Of a stretch of DNA of 64,000 nt, positions 1 through 31,987 are shown in pieces. The notes beneath the pieces are model-generated. The model was not told the DNA's origin. It did not search any database and saw nothing but the letters and a program-made list of their open reading frames with translations. The stretch lies in NCBI GenBank assembly GCA_002269645.1, contig NIVC01000161.1, positions 81,287 through 145,286 of the forward strand. The letters are read 5' to 3'. The DNA comes from Macrostomum lignano (taxonomy: Eukaryota). The translations under genes and the position numbers were made by a program. How positions within the stretch are numbered: position 1 is the stretch's first letter; the number at the start of each line of letters is the position of its first letter.

Positions 1-120
1 CTAAATCCTGCCCTTTATTGATTTTGTTTCCTAGCTATTTCTCTATTTTGTTTATGCTTTCTTTTCTTCTTTTGTAGCGGCTTGATTCTGTTGACGCTGT
101 CGCCTCTGTTCCGCGTGTAG

Positions 121-1344
121 AAGATGCTGATGCTGATTATTATGACGACGAACCAGGCTCCGCAGCTGCCACTGCTGCCGCCGCCGCCGCTGCCGCTGCT
201 AAGTATGATTTTCGCGCGAATTTAAATTAACATCCACCTTTGTCTTGCTAATTAATCATAATCGTCTATCCATCGAAAAAATGCCAGCTAATTCTATTTG
301 TGGCTTAAATTTACTGTGGCACACTGAACTTTACTAGTTAGTGAGCACCCATTGTCCTTTCTACGTCTATTAGACTTAAATATTTCGATTCTAGCAAATT
401 TATTTAACTTAACAGACCCACCACCCCAAATTAAAGCAATAAAACTCCCTCTAGCGCACACTTAACAGACCCATCACCCCAAATTAAACCCATAAAACTC
501 CCTCTAGCGCACACTTAACAGACCCACCACCCCAAGTTAAACCCATAAAACTCCCACTAGCCCACACTTAACAGACCCACCACCCCAAATTAAACCCATA
601 AAACTCCCTCTAGCGCACACTTAACAGACCCACCACTCCAAATTAAAGCCATAAAACTCCCACTAACACACTTAACAGACCCACCACCCCAAATTAAAGC
701 CATAAAACTCCCACTAACACACTTAACAGCCCCACCACCACCCCAAGTTAAACCCATAAAACTCCCTCTAGCGCACACTTAACAGACCCACCACTCCAAA
801 TTAAAGCCATAAAACTCCCACTAACACACTTAACAGACCCACCACCCCAAATTAAAGCCATAAAACTCCCACTAACACACTTAACAGCCCCACCACCACC
901 CCAAATTAAAGCCATAAAACTCCCTCTAGCGCACACTTAACAGACCCGCCACCCCAAATTAAAGCCATAAAACTCCCACTAACACACGTAACAGCCCCAC
1001 TACCCCAAATTAAACCCATAAAACTCCCCCAGCCTTTTTCAGGCCCAACTAACTAAAAAAGTCACAGTCAAACCATCAGCTTTATAACCTTACTAGATTA
1101 TATTGTACATTGTTTTGTCTATCGTTCTATCCGCAGATTGCGGGTCGCTTCCTCTAGCGGAGTCGGTCGCCGTCGTGGCAGCCTACTGAACACCCTGTAC
1201 CGTGGCATGCTGCTCAGCCTCCCTATTGAGGCATTCTTCCTCCTGCTGTGCGGCATTGGCTATTTATTGAAGCCCGGCTGCGAGACCGACTGCTCCGAGT
1301 GGCCCAACATGTTCAGCGTTAAATCGCAGGGCCTGCCGTATTGA
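121..1344 (+). CDS. 3' end of a tail-anchored protein with a divergent KASH-like domain (nesprin/ANC-1/Klarsicht-type); 5' partial
   Basis: Exon 121-202 (gtgtag|...AA|gtatga) joins in phase 2 to terminal exon 1137-1344 (ccgcag|A). Translation: [97 protein letters not shown] basic patch, an LP-containing TM helix and a 24-aa tail resemble KASH ([13 protein letters not shown]...PMLRYTNGPPPL). Confidence 0.65.
410..1030. repeat. Intronic minisatellite, ~53-bp unit (CACACTTAACAGACCCACCACCCCAAATTAAAGCCATAAAACTCCC...), ~11-12 copies
   Basis: Directly visible tandem copies between the two KASH-gene exons. Confidence 0.95.
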
Positions 1345-2529
1345 ACAGGTCACAGTCTATCTGTCCGTCCGCATCTGTTACAATTCAAATAAGGACTCGA
1401 TGCACTTTTTTGCAAGAGACAAAGCACTTTGCATGTCGCGTAAATATTAATATAGTCAAGTTTTGAAATATTCCTAAGTATGAAATAAGCAGAAGAATCT
1501 GAAACTGGCAAAACATGAACAGCCTTCAGTGGAAATTATTAGCGGCCAAAAGTACTTATTATATTATTGCCCTTTAATATCATCTGTTTGCGCTTGTTAA
1601 ATTTCAATCCATTTCCAATCGACAAAATCTATCCATATTTACATTGAAATTCCATTTCTAAGACACTGCTAAAAATGAGAATTCGTGTGCATAAATTTTA
1701 TATTTTTCCATGTACTTTAGCGTGAGTTATAATTAGCATAGCATGTACGTGTACAGAAGTAACAGTAAGAATATAGAACAGTACTTCAAAGTGTGTATTT
1801 ATGTACAGCAAATTTCTGGCAAATTTGTGTACCGCGTGAATTTCTCATTGATTTTTTGTGTCTGCCACGCCTCTGTAAAATCATTCGGCTCATCTTTAGC
1901 CTCAGTTTTCTCTTTGCTGCTGCAGTGTTTCCGTTATTTGTGTTATTTATTCTATTAGGAATTTAAACAATAAACGCCTCACAAAACTACTGTAAGTAGC
2001 GCAGTTCGATCGCTTGCACCGAATTTCCCAACCTGTTGTAGCTGGAAGCCCCTACAGATAATTTTGTTCGTCTATTTTGTATTCCAGTTATTGCGCTTGA
2101 TCTGAGAACAGCAAAATACACAGAATAAAGTTGCATAACATTTTCTGCAGTGGGTTTTTCGTTTTGCATAACGGCAGCATTGCTGGAGATCATATTTTGG
2201 TTAACCAAACAAAATCTGAATTTTTTTTGTTACGACTTGAAAAGTTATTTGAAAAAATTATATCCGATGAACCTGAACTGTCTACTTGAGGTAGATAAAA
2301 TAGCTCGAATCAGAGTTTTTTATTCGGTATGTACTCACTTGTTCAATTGAAACCAAAGTTGATTACGCCATAGACGATTTTTTATTCAATTTGTGGTTTG
2401 ATACACAAAATAGAAACTTGCCAGCTATTAGAGCTTACTTGCACTTTCTATAGTAGGTATACCTTCTTTGTAAATGATGTACATCGCTGCACCTACTGTC
2501 ACTTGCGGATAAAATTTGCGGCAATCAAA

Positions 2530-3744
2530 ATGCGATCGCAATTAGGTTCATTGAAAACATTCGCCAAGATTTGCTTGCTCTGTGCAGTGTTCTGCCAGCT
2601 AATCACTAACGTCGATTGCTGCCCTAAAAGTAAGTTTTACGAAGCTGCGCTGTGATTATTAAGTAGCTATACATGTACATTTAGCTCGTGAGTTTGAAAA
2701 AGGATCAATGACTCAAGAACTGTGGCTCCCTTCCGCCAAACATCAAACTAACACCCTAAAAAATCCGGCACCCAACCCACTCCGCCAATCTCAGTAGTAA
2801 AACACCCTAGCTCATACACCCCACCCCACTCCGCCAATCCAAGTAAAACACCCTAGCTCATACACCCCACCCCACTCCGCCAATCCAAAGTAAAACACCC
2901 TAGCTCATACACCCCACCCCACTCCGCCAATCCAAAGTAAAACACCCTAGCTCATGCACCCCACCCCACTCCGCCAATCCCAGTAAAACACCCTAGCTCA
3001 TACACCATCCCACTCCACCAATCCCAGTAAAACACCCTAGCTCATACACCCCACCCCACTCTGCCAATCCCAGTCAGACACCCTCATAAACTCCGGCACC
3101 CCCACCCCATCCGCCAATCCCTGTCAGACATCCTCATAAACTCCGGCACCCCCACCCCACTCCGCCAACCCCAGTCAAACACCCTCATAAACTCCGGCAC
3201 CCCACCCCACTCCGCCAACCCCAGTCAAACACCCTCATAAACTCCGGCACCCCACCCCACTCCGCCAACCCCAGTCAAACACCCTCATAAACTCCGGCAC
3301 CCCACCCCACTCCGCCAACCCCAGTCAAACACCCTCATAAACTCCGGCACCCCACCCCACTCCGCCAACCCCAGTCAAACACCCTCAAAAGACCGTTAAA
3401 AGGTGTATAAACTCCCTCTTACAGGAATCAAGAAGTTCTTCAAAAAGGTCAAGACCCACAACACCGAGCTGGTCGGTTGCTATCCGGACCGGCCCCACGC
3501 CCGCGACTTGCCGATCATGGGAAAGCGCAGCACCGAGATGACTCTGGCAGCCTGTTTGAAAACCTGCGTAGCCTGGGACACCAAATTTCTTGGCCTGCAG
3601 GGCGGCAACGCCTGCTGGTGCGGCCAGAGCCACGGCAATCACGGTGAGAAGCTGCCGAACTCCGATTGCTCACTGCCGTGCAACGGTCAGCCAGAGATCA
3701 CGTGCGGCGGCCCGATGCACAACAATGTCTACAAAATCACTTAG
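2530..3744 (+). CDS. Small secreted WSC-domain protein (139 aa; exons 2530-2629, 3425-3744)
   Basis: Exon 1 MRSQLGSLKTFAKICLLCAVFCQLITNVDCCPK is signal-peptide-like and ends A|gtaagt. The phase-1 acceptor ttacag|GA leads into RIKKFFKKVK...LVGCY...MTLAACLKTC...FLGLQGGNACWCG...CSLPCNGQPEITCGG...VYK*, the 8-Cys WSC pattern. AATAAA at 3876. Confidence 0.85.
2770..3387. repeat. Intronic C-rich minisatellite, 47-50-bp units, two subtypes
   Basis: Tandem CCCCACCCCACTCCGCCAA... units fill the WSC-gene intron. Confidence 0.95.
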
Positions 3745-4309
3745 ACTTTATCGATACTTTCTTTCAACAATATTAGGCACTTTTATTCGAACTAAACTAC
3801 TACTGCACATTTCTCTAGTAGTATAACTGAGACTGTTTTTACAGGTTTGTTATTTTTTCACTCCAGACATTCGAGAATAAACGCTTGAAACAAAAAGGAT
3901 TAAGTCTGTATTATTGAAGTCCGCGCGCTCTCAAGAACTCAACTATTCATTATAGTCAGTGATTTGTTTGTTCGCCTCGTGGAAAGAGCCGCGAGAGCCG
4001 CAATGCTCTCAACAAATGTCCTCTCCTATTTTTCTGCCCATTTTTGTTTAAACCTTTCAGACGAACATCTTCAATTTCACAATTTTCGTCAGGTAGGCGC
4101 TACTTGTTTGTAATTGGCACGGTCTTTAATGGATCCTAAGAAATCATATTTCAATATTTAATGTTGTTTATCATGATTAAGTGCATGTCTTTCGTATTGC
4201 AGGCTCTCAAATACTCTATTACAGATCACAAGGCTCACACAGACTCGCACAGACTCTAGCTTAGATTCATACAGACCCACACAGTCTCATATAAACTCAA
4301 ACAGACTCT

Positions 4310-5240
4310 CGTACAGACGAATACAGCATCATTACAGACTATCTTGTAGACTAATATAGCATCATTACAGACTCTCGTGCAAACTAATATAGCATCATTA
4401 CAGACTCTCGTGCAAACTAATATAGCATCATTACAGACTCTCGTACAGACTAATATAGCATCATTACAGACTCTCGTACAGACTAATACAGCATCATTAC
4501 AGACTCTCGAACAGACTAATACAGCATCATTACAGACTATCGTAATACAGCATCATTACAGTCTCTCGTACAGACTAATACAGCATCATTACAGTCTCTC
4601 GTACAGACTAATACAGCATCATTACAGTCTCTCGTACAGACTAATACAGCATCATTACAGTCTCTCGTACAGACTAATACAGCATCATTACAGTCTCTCG
4701 TACAGACTAATACAGCATCATTACAGTCTCTCGTACAGACTAATACAGCATCATTACAGTCTCTCGTACAGACTAATACAGCATCATTACAGTCTCTCGT
4801 ACAGACTAATACAGCATCATTACAGTCTCTCGTACAGACTAATACAGCATCATTACAGTCTCTCGTACAGACTAATACAGCATCATTACAGTCTCTCGTA
4901 CAGACTAATACAGCATCATTACAGTCTCTCGTACAGACTAATACAGCATCATTACAGTCTCTCGTACAGACTAATACAGCATCATTACAGTCTCTCGTAC
5001 AGACTAATACAGCATCATTACATACTCTTGTACAGACTAATACAGCATCATTACAGTCTCTCGTACAGACTAATACAGCATCATTACAGTCTCTCGTACA
5101 GACTAATACAGCATCATTACAGTCTCTCGTACAGACTAATACAGCATCATTACATACTCTTGTACAGACTAATACAGCATCATTACAGTCTCTCGTACAG
5201 ACTAATACAGCATCATTACAGTCTCTCGTACAGACTAATA
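4310..5240. repeat. 33-bp minisatellite (ATACAGCATCATTACAGTCTCTCGTACAGACTA)n
   Basis: Near-identical tandem copies; explains the repetitive ORFs 4377-5300 and 4537-5313. Confidence 0.95.
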
Positions 5241-5749
5241 CAGACTCGTACAGCAAAGCCAGCCTACACGATATACATCTACGAGAGTACATTCCGTTAG
5301 TCGGAATATTCAATTATCCAATATTCACTGCAATCACCAGAGTCAATACAAATTCCCAGCAACCCCAGATGAAGGCAGACTCAAACGCATTTTGAGCTCT
5401 GTTGGGGTCAGCTGTGCATTCCTGACCAAATAATGAACTGCGCACCCTGCTCTGATCCGCTAGCAGCAACTTTCTGCCACACCTGATTGGATCAGGGCGG
5501 CGCTCCCCAATGCACTGCAGAGTGTGGCTGAGGCGCGGAGGATGGGGGAGGGCGTGAGCAGGGGGTGATATGCCAGGGAGCTGGCGGCTGCTTGGCTCTC
5601 TGCTTTCAGTCCCAGCTCTGCAACACGGATCCCGAATATCCCAATCACTAGGATTTGTTTGAACAGCAGTTCGAGAGTGTCCGCAACCTTTGCCGCTCCA
5701 CTTGTAGCGAATTCTTTCTCTTAGAGCAACCCCAGACAAATTTTACAGC

Positions 5750-25171
<19,422 letters not shown>

Positions 25172-26029
25172 AAAAATTAAACCGCCATCAAGAAATAGAA
25201 TATGAAAGTCGCATTAGACTACTAAAATTCTCAAGCAGTAGTGTAAAAGATTTTTAAGTTTTTATTCAAACTGTTTTTTCGATGCATATCGATTATCGAT
25301 TTAAACATTGAAAAGCATTAAAGAACGTTAAATGCTACTTATACTACTTGAGAATTACGAGTAATTTAACTCAAACAGGTTGAAAAATATTCTGAAAAAA
25401 TGAACTCGCAATAGCAATTTAGGCATCAATAGCTGTCTCCCCTCTCGAGACCCACAATACAAGCAACCACAATTTAACGAAAGTCAGTATTTCTGATGAT
25501 TTTTTTCATTTCCTTTGTTTAGAGTCATCTGCGAACCCCTCTGTCCTCTCTGTACTCCTAACGTTGTTCATTTGTTATACCGCTGCTTGCCATGAATTTA
25601 ACCTGAAAAAATCGGTTTATCGATGCCATACTGGCACAGTTAGCTGGCAAATTTCTCATCGTTTTCTGTTGTCCCTATATTCAACACTACTAATAGTAGA
25701 TTCTGCAATCTGAAATATCTTCGAACCTCAACCACAGGTTTGAAATCATTTTAATAAGCCATTTTAGCTTTATGTTTAGGAGTAAAGTTTTTTATTTTCC
25801 TAAAAGCCTTTGGATAACTTTAAAAACTAATTATGATTACTCAAAGCATTACCCATTGATATAATATTTAATTGCTGTGTGGAGCATCTTAACCGCGACT
25901 TGATAAATTGCTAAAGTTCAACCACAAAAAACAAAAAACAACAAGTTTTAGCTGGTGTTACTGTCTTTGTGCTTTTTGCCCCACTTCACATTCACCTCTC
26001 ACTTTTAAATTCACATAATTAACGTCTGT

Positions 26030-26600
26030 CCCATCTACCCCATCTACCCCATCTACCCCATCTGCCCCATCTATCCCATCTACCCCATCTACCCCATCTG
26101 CCCCATCTATCCCATCTGCCCCATCTACCCCATCTATCCTATCTGCCCCATCTACCCCATCTACCCCATCTACCCCATCTACCCCATCTACCCCATCTGC
26201 CCCATCTACCCCATCTACCCCATCTACCCCATCTACCCCATCTACCCCATCTGCCCCATCTACCCCATCTACCCCATCTACCCCATCTGCCCCATCTATC
26301 CCATCTGCCCCATCTATCCCATCTACCCCATCTACCCCATCTGCCCCATCTATCCCATCTGCCCCATCTACCCCATCTATCCTATCTGCCCCATCTACCC
26401 CATCTACCCCATCTACCCCATCTACCCCATCTACCCCATCTACCCCATCTACTCCATCTACCCCATCTACCCCATCTACCCCATCTGTCCCATCTACCCC
26501 ATCTACCCCATCTACCCCATCTGCCCCATCTACCCCATCTGCCCCATCTACCCCATCTACCCCATCTGTCCCATCTACCCCATCTGTCCTATCTACCCCA
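26030..26600. repeat. (CCCCATCTA/CCCCATCTG)n ~10-bp array; continues at 31581-31675 after the LTR element
   Basis: Same unit on both sides of the retrotransposon. Confidence 0.95.
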
Positions 26601-26843
26601 TGTTGTGTAATGATCGATGCTGGCTAGCCGACGTGCAGTCTTTCTCTTTCTCTCTCAGTGCACCTGCCCCCAGTCCCCCATTGACGCGTACAATGTACAT
26701 TGCTCACTGCACTTGACTAAACAATAATATATATATCGGCTCTCTGCCCATCGCTGGCTTTAAGCGTATCGTAGCTCGCACACCCTTGCCTTGACTTCCA
26801 ACATAACATGGCGTCGCAAGTCTAAACTTTCTAGCAAGCCAGC

Positions 26844-29800
26844 ATGGATGGATTGAGGCCGCCAGAGCCCATGATTTTTGACACCAATAGGGCAGACAAC
26901 TGGAGGCGATGGATCAGTGCATTTGATTTCTACATGAAAGCTACGAAGAGGACTGAAGAAAGTGAAGAAGTGAAGATCGCTGTTCTCCTGACCGCGCTGG
27001 GATCCGATGGACAGGACGTATTCTCCACGTTTTCTGCAGACCAAGTAGCAACGTACGCAGCTGTAAAGAGTGCGTTCCAAGAGTACTGCGAGCCTCTGTC
27101 GAATGAGACCTTTGAGCGCTACCAGCTTCGAACAAGAGTGCAAGGAGAAGCTGAGGACTTCGACCAATTCGTCGGCTCACTTCGCCAGCTCATCAAGCGA
27201 TGCAACTACAGCGAGCCAGCGAACAAGGAGACCATCGAGAACAGCGTCATTCGAGATCAGATCGTCATCGGTGCGAACGACCCAGCTCTGAGGGAGAGGC
27301 TTCTCCGCGAGACAAAGCTGACGCTGGACCGCGCCATCCAGATGGGTCGAGCGTCGGAGACTTCGAAGCGGCAGGCTCGGACCCTGGCCACAGCGCAGAT
27401 CAGCCGAGCAACGCCTGCACCCGCGCCAGCGTCCGTCGAGGCAGTTCAAGGCCGAACCAGCCGGTCGCAGCCCGCCAGCAATGCCAAGTCGGCTCGCAGT
27501 TGCGGCTTCTGCGGACAGCAGCATGAGCGGCGCAAGTGCCCGGCATTCGGTAAGACCTGCAATAACTGTGGTCGTGCAAACCATTTCTCGTCCGAGTGCC
27601 GCTCAGCTAAGAAGGTCAACGAGCTGGTGGAGAACACCGAGACCGAGTCCGCAGGTGATGGCCCGGCTGCAGCAATCATGACCGTGGAGCAGCCAGGTGC
27701 TCGAACCAAGGCGCAAACCGACAGCTCGGCGATGATGGTGTGCCTGACTGTCACGGACTCTGGAAGAAAGCTGCAGTTTAAGGTGGACACCGGTGCGGAC
27801 GTCAACGTGATCCCTCTGAACCGGCTGATCCAGCTCGCCCCTGCAGCATCGATTGAGCCGACATCCTGGACTCTGACAGCGTACAACAAGCAGCTGCTGG
27901 ACGTGGTCGGCATCACGTACTTGACTGTGTCTTCGCCCTGCCGGAAGAATGCCCGACTGCAGTTTGTTGTTGTCGGCGAGAACTCCACGCCCATCATCGG
28001 CTGGAAGTCAGCGATTGAGGAGCTGCAGCTGGTCAAGAAGCTGTTCTCGTTGCAGCAGAGTCCAAGCAGCATCAGCAAGGTGAGCAAGCAGCAGTTATCG
28101 GAACTGAACTCCAGCCAGTTAAAGGCCAGATTCCCAGAAGTATTCAACGGCGTTGGTTGCATGAAGCAGCCATACACCATTCAACTGTCGGACAACGCAG
28201 TGCCTAAGGTGCAGCCTCCTCGCAAGGTGCCATTTGCTGCGTATCAACCTCTGAAGTGCGAGCTGGAGAGACTGGAGAAGGAAGGAACGATAGCGCGAGT
28301 CGACGAACCGACGCAGTGGGTCTCCAATGTGGCCATCGTGTGGAAGAAGGACGGCTCGATGCGACTGTGTCTAGATCCGACCTACCTGAACAGGTTCATC
28401 ATCAGAGAGTACCACCCGATCCCCACCGCCGAGGAAGTTCGAGCTGCGACTGCTGGAGCCATCCTGTACAGCTCATTCGATGCGAACGAGAGCTTTCACC
28501 AACTAAAACTCGATGATGAAAGCTCCTTCCTGACCACGTTCCACACCCCGTTCGGCCGATATCGCTGGAAACGAGTTCCATACGGTCTCTCATCCATTCC
28601 CGAGGTCTTCCAGAAGAGAATGGAAGAAAACGTCACAAACAACGTGAGAAACTCTAAGAACTTCTTTGACGACATCATCGTGTGGGGAAGAACAGTCGAG
28701 GAGCACGACCAAGCTGTGCGAGAGCTCCTGGAGCAGTGCAAGCGTGCCAAGGTGACACTGAACCCACAGAAGATACGAGTCGGTGTCCAAGAGCTCAACT
28801 ACCTAGGCGATGTGCTCAGCTCGGAAGGGTTGCGAGCAGATCCAATGAAGGTCAAAGCCATCAAAGAAATGATCCGGCCGAATGATGTTGAAGGTCTCAC
28901 TTCGAAGAAGGAGCAGCTAAGGCGATTTCTCGGCTGTGTGACGTACCTGGCCAAGTTTTGTCCTCATCTTTCCGCTACTGCAGAGCCGCTTAGACACCTG
29001 CTCAAGAAAGACGTCATTTGAAGCTGGACGCATCAGCACGACGAGGCGTACGACTCGATCATCACGGAGCTGTGTTCTAACAGGGTTTTGGCCACATTTG
29101 ACGTCAGCAAGCCAGTCACCGTGTCTGTGGATGCCTGCAAGAGCGGCATCGGTGCTGTGCTACTCCAAGAGGACCGTCCGGTTGAGTTCGCTTCATCAGC
29201 CATGACTAAAGCTCAGCAGGCATACGCGCAGATTGAGAAGGAGCTCCTGGCTATTGTGTACGGCTGCAAGAAATTTCACCGCTACCTCTGGGGCCGCACT
29301 GTCAATGTCCAGAGTGACCATAAGACACTGGAGTCCATCTTAAAGAAGCAGCTCTGTGACACCACGCCGCGCATCCAGCGCTTGCTGCTGCAGCTGCAGC
29401 CCTACGACATTCGTGTGAAGTACACACCAGGAAAGGAGCTGTACGTTGCAGACACGCTAAGCCGAGCTCACGGAAAGACGGACAGCCTGACGCTTCTGCT
29501 GGAGGAAGCTTTGGACGGACAAGTGCTAGCTGTGGAGCGATGCTTCAGTGGAGACCGCGAGATTCTGACAATGATCAAGAAGGCCACGGCTGCAGACCAG
29601 ACGAGCCAGCGTCTGCAGGAAGTCATTCAAGCCGGATGGCCCGAGCATCGAAACCGACTACCTGACGATTTGAGAGTATTTTGGGATCTTCGCCATGATC
29701 TGACTTTCGTCTCAGGACTCTTGTGCCTGAAGGACCGCATCTACGTGCCAGCCGGCAGCGCCAGAAGCTCGATCCTAAGAATTTTGCACGCTGGACACCC

Positions 29801-30950
29801 TGGAATAGTCAAGATGGACCTGAAAGCCAAAGATTATTTTTACTGGCCAGGTATGCGCACCTGCATCGAGCGAACTGTCAGCCAGTGCGAGGCCTGCCAG
29901 CGTAACATGAAGGCCCAGTCAAAGGAGACTTTGATGACCGTTGAAATGCCCGAGTTTCCGTTCCAAGTCTGCTCGACCGACTTGTTCGAGTTCCGGGGCG
30001 CTGCGCACCTGGTGTACGTAGGCGCCTACAGCCACTGGATGAGCATCACCCGCCTGCGGTCGACAACAAGCCTGGCAGTAGTTCAGGTGCTCCAAGACCA
30101 TTTCCAGAACTTTGGAGTGCCAGAGAAGCTCATCAGTGACAACGGGCCGCAGTTCACCGCAGGAGAGTTCCGCCAGTTCATGACCAGATTTCAAGTGGAG
30201 CACCGGACATCGAGTCCGTCCTACCCGCAGTCCAACGGCAAAGCAGAGCGATATGTGCAGACTGCCAAGAATATGATGAAGAAGTGCCAGGAGACTGGAC
30301 AGAGCCTGGCACTGGCCCTTTTGCACTATCGCAACACGCCGGTCGGCAGCGGCTTCCCCAGCCCGGCGGAAATGGCGTTTGGCCGGAAACTGCGGTGCGA
30401 CCTGCCGACAACGGTGCAAGATCTGCGGCCTCGGGAGACCTACGTGCATGCCAGCATCGAAGCATTCCAGAAGGAGCGGACCCGGGCAGCTCAGCTCTAC
30501 AACCGCGGTGCGCGCGCACTTTGACGCTTGGAGGTCGGCGAGCCGGTCTGGCTTCAGTGCGATCGTCGGAACTGGGTGGCTGCCGAGGTCGACAGCGAGG
30601 TGGACGGCAGCCCGCGGTCGTACTGGCTTCGCACGGAGTCGGGCCAGCTGCTCAGGCGCAACCGGCGGTTTATCAGGCCACGTGAGATCGGCGTGCCATT
30701 CCATGAAAGCTACCCAGTGGCAGTGGCTGATGAGGATGTCAATCTGTCGGAGGCGGACGACCAGCAGGCACCCGTGCAACCGGCCGTGCAACCGGCCGTG
30801 CAACCCGCGACAGAGCAGCCTGCAGAGCCAGTGCAGCCAGCTGAGCAGCCGGCATCTGTGCAACCGTGCTCAAGCTCGGACGACTCTGGGTTCCGGACCA
30901 AGCGAGGTCGGCTTGTCCATCAGCCGCAGAGGTACCAGGCCTCGTGGTGA
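26844..30950 (+). pseudogene. Gag-Pol single reading frame with two in-frame TGA codons (29019-21 and 30522-24)
   Basis: Two CCHC knuckles (CGFCGQQH...C; CNNCGRANHFSSEC), protease VDTGAD, RT (FFDD), RNase H (VDAC...AQIEKE), integrase HHCC + D..SDNG..E and a C-terminal RRNRR motif. The frame is unchanged across both stops. Confidence 0.92.
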
Positions 30951-31184
30951 ACTTTTGAGTGAAAACTGACTGTTGACTGAATTTAAAGGAACTGAAAGCT
31001 CTTTTTAAGTTTCTATAATTTTGGTGAAAGGAGGTATGGCAGAAGTTGATGCGTTGCCTTTGCTGCTCAAGCGTGCGATTTAAAAAGCGGTCTAAAATGA
31101 TATTTTTCAACATTAATATTGTATTGTTCCATATGATCGTAAAATATTTCAATGTTTTTATTTTTCCCCATTCAACTGTTTTCG

Positions 31185-31350
31185 TTCGACTCTATTCGTG
31201 CTACTATATTCGTTCTACTATTTTCGTGCGACTCTATTCGTGCTACTATATTCGTTCTACTATTTTCGTGCGACTCTATTCGTGCTACTATATTCGTTCT
31301 ACTATTTTCGTGCGACTCTATTCGTGCTACTATTTTCGTGCCATTATATT
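31185..31350. repeat. 42-bp tandem repeat (x~4) in the retrotransposon 3' untranslated region
   Basis: CGACTCTATTCGTGCTACTATATTCGTTCTACTATTTTCGTG repeated. Confidence 0.9.
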
Positions 31351-31861
31351 CGTACTTTTCAATGTAAGGAGGTGTTGTGTAATGATCGATGCTGGCTAGC
31401 CGACGTGCAGTCTTTCTCTTTCTCTCTCAGTGCACCTGCCCCCAGTCCCCCATTGACGCGTACAATGTACATTGCTCACTGCACTTGACTAAACAATAAT
31501 ATATATATCGGCTCTCTGCCCATCGCTGGCTTTAAGCGTATCGTAGCTCGCACACCCTCGCCTTGACTTCCAACATAACACCCCATCTCTCCCATCTGTC
31601 CCATCTACATCACCTGCCCCATCTACCCCATCTGCCCCATCTGTCCCATCTGTCCCATCTGTCCCACCCCATCCCACTGCAAGCAGCGGCCATCCGTGAT
31701 CCTCAGCCATAAACTAAACCTGAGTTCGCACTGCTCAGACAGAGCAGCATAAAAAGCTCAACTTCATTTAAGCAGCCCCGATCTCAATCTCTTCTTCAAG
31801 CATTTGCAAAAGCAGACAAAAGCCAATCAAAAGCAGCATTTTAAGGCCACCGCTGCTTCCC

Positions 31862-31955
31862 ATGCAGCAGGCCGTTGTGACCCGCACCTGCCGCCCCAGT
31901 GGCAGGCAGTTCACTGCTCAGACCGGGACATTTGAGCTGCAGGGCAAAAATCCCG

Positions 31956-31987
<32 letters not shown>

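Larger units (their letters stand above)
26601..31580 (+). mobile_element. Full-length Ty3/Gypsy LTR retrotransposon (Mag-like), 4980 bp
   Basis: LTRs 26601-26808 and 31373-31580 (208 bp, TG...CA, one mismatch by eye). 5-bp TSD CCCCA. PBS-like TGGCGTCGCAAG at 26809. Short purine tract AAGGAGG before the 3' LTR. Confidence 0.97.

Noticed and set aside
26596-26600. CCCCA TSD as evidence of sequence-specific targeting
   Set aside because: The pentamer is part of the host repeat unit, so a single insertion cannot show specificity.
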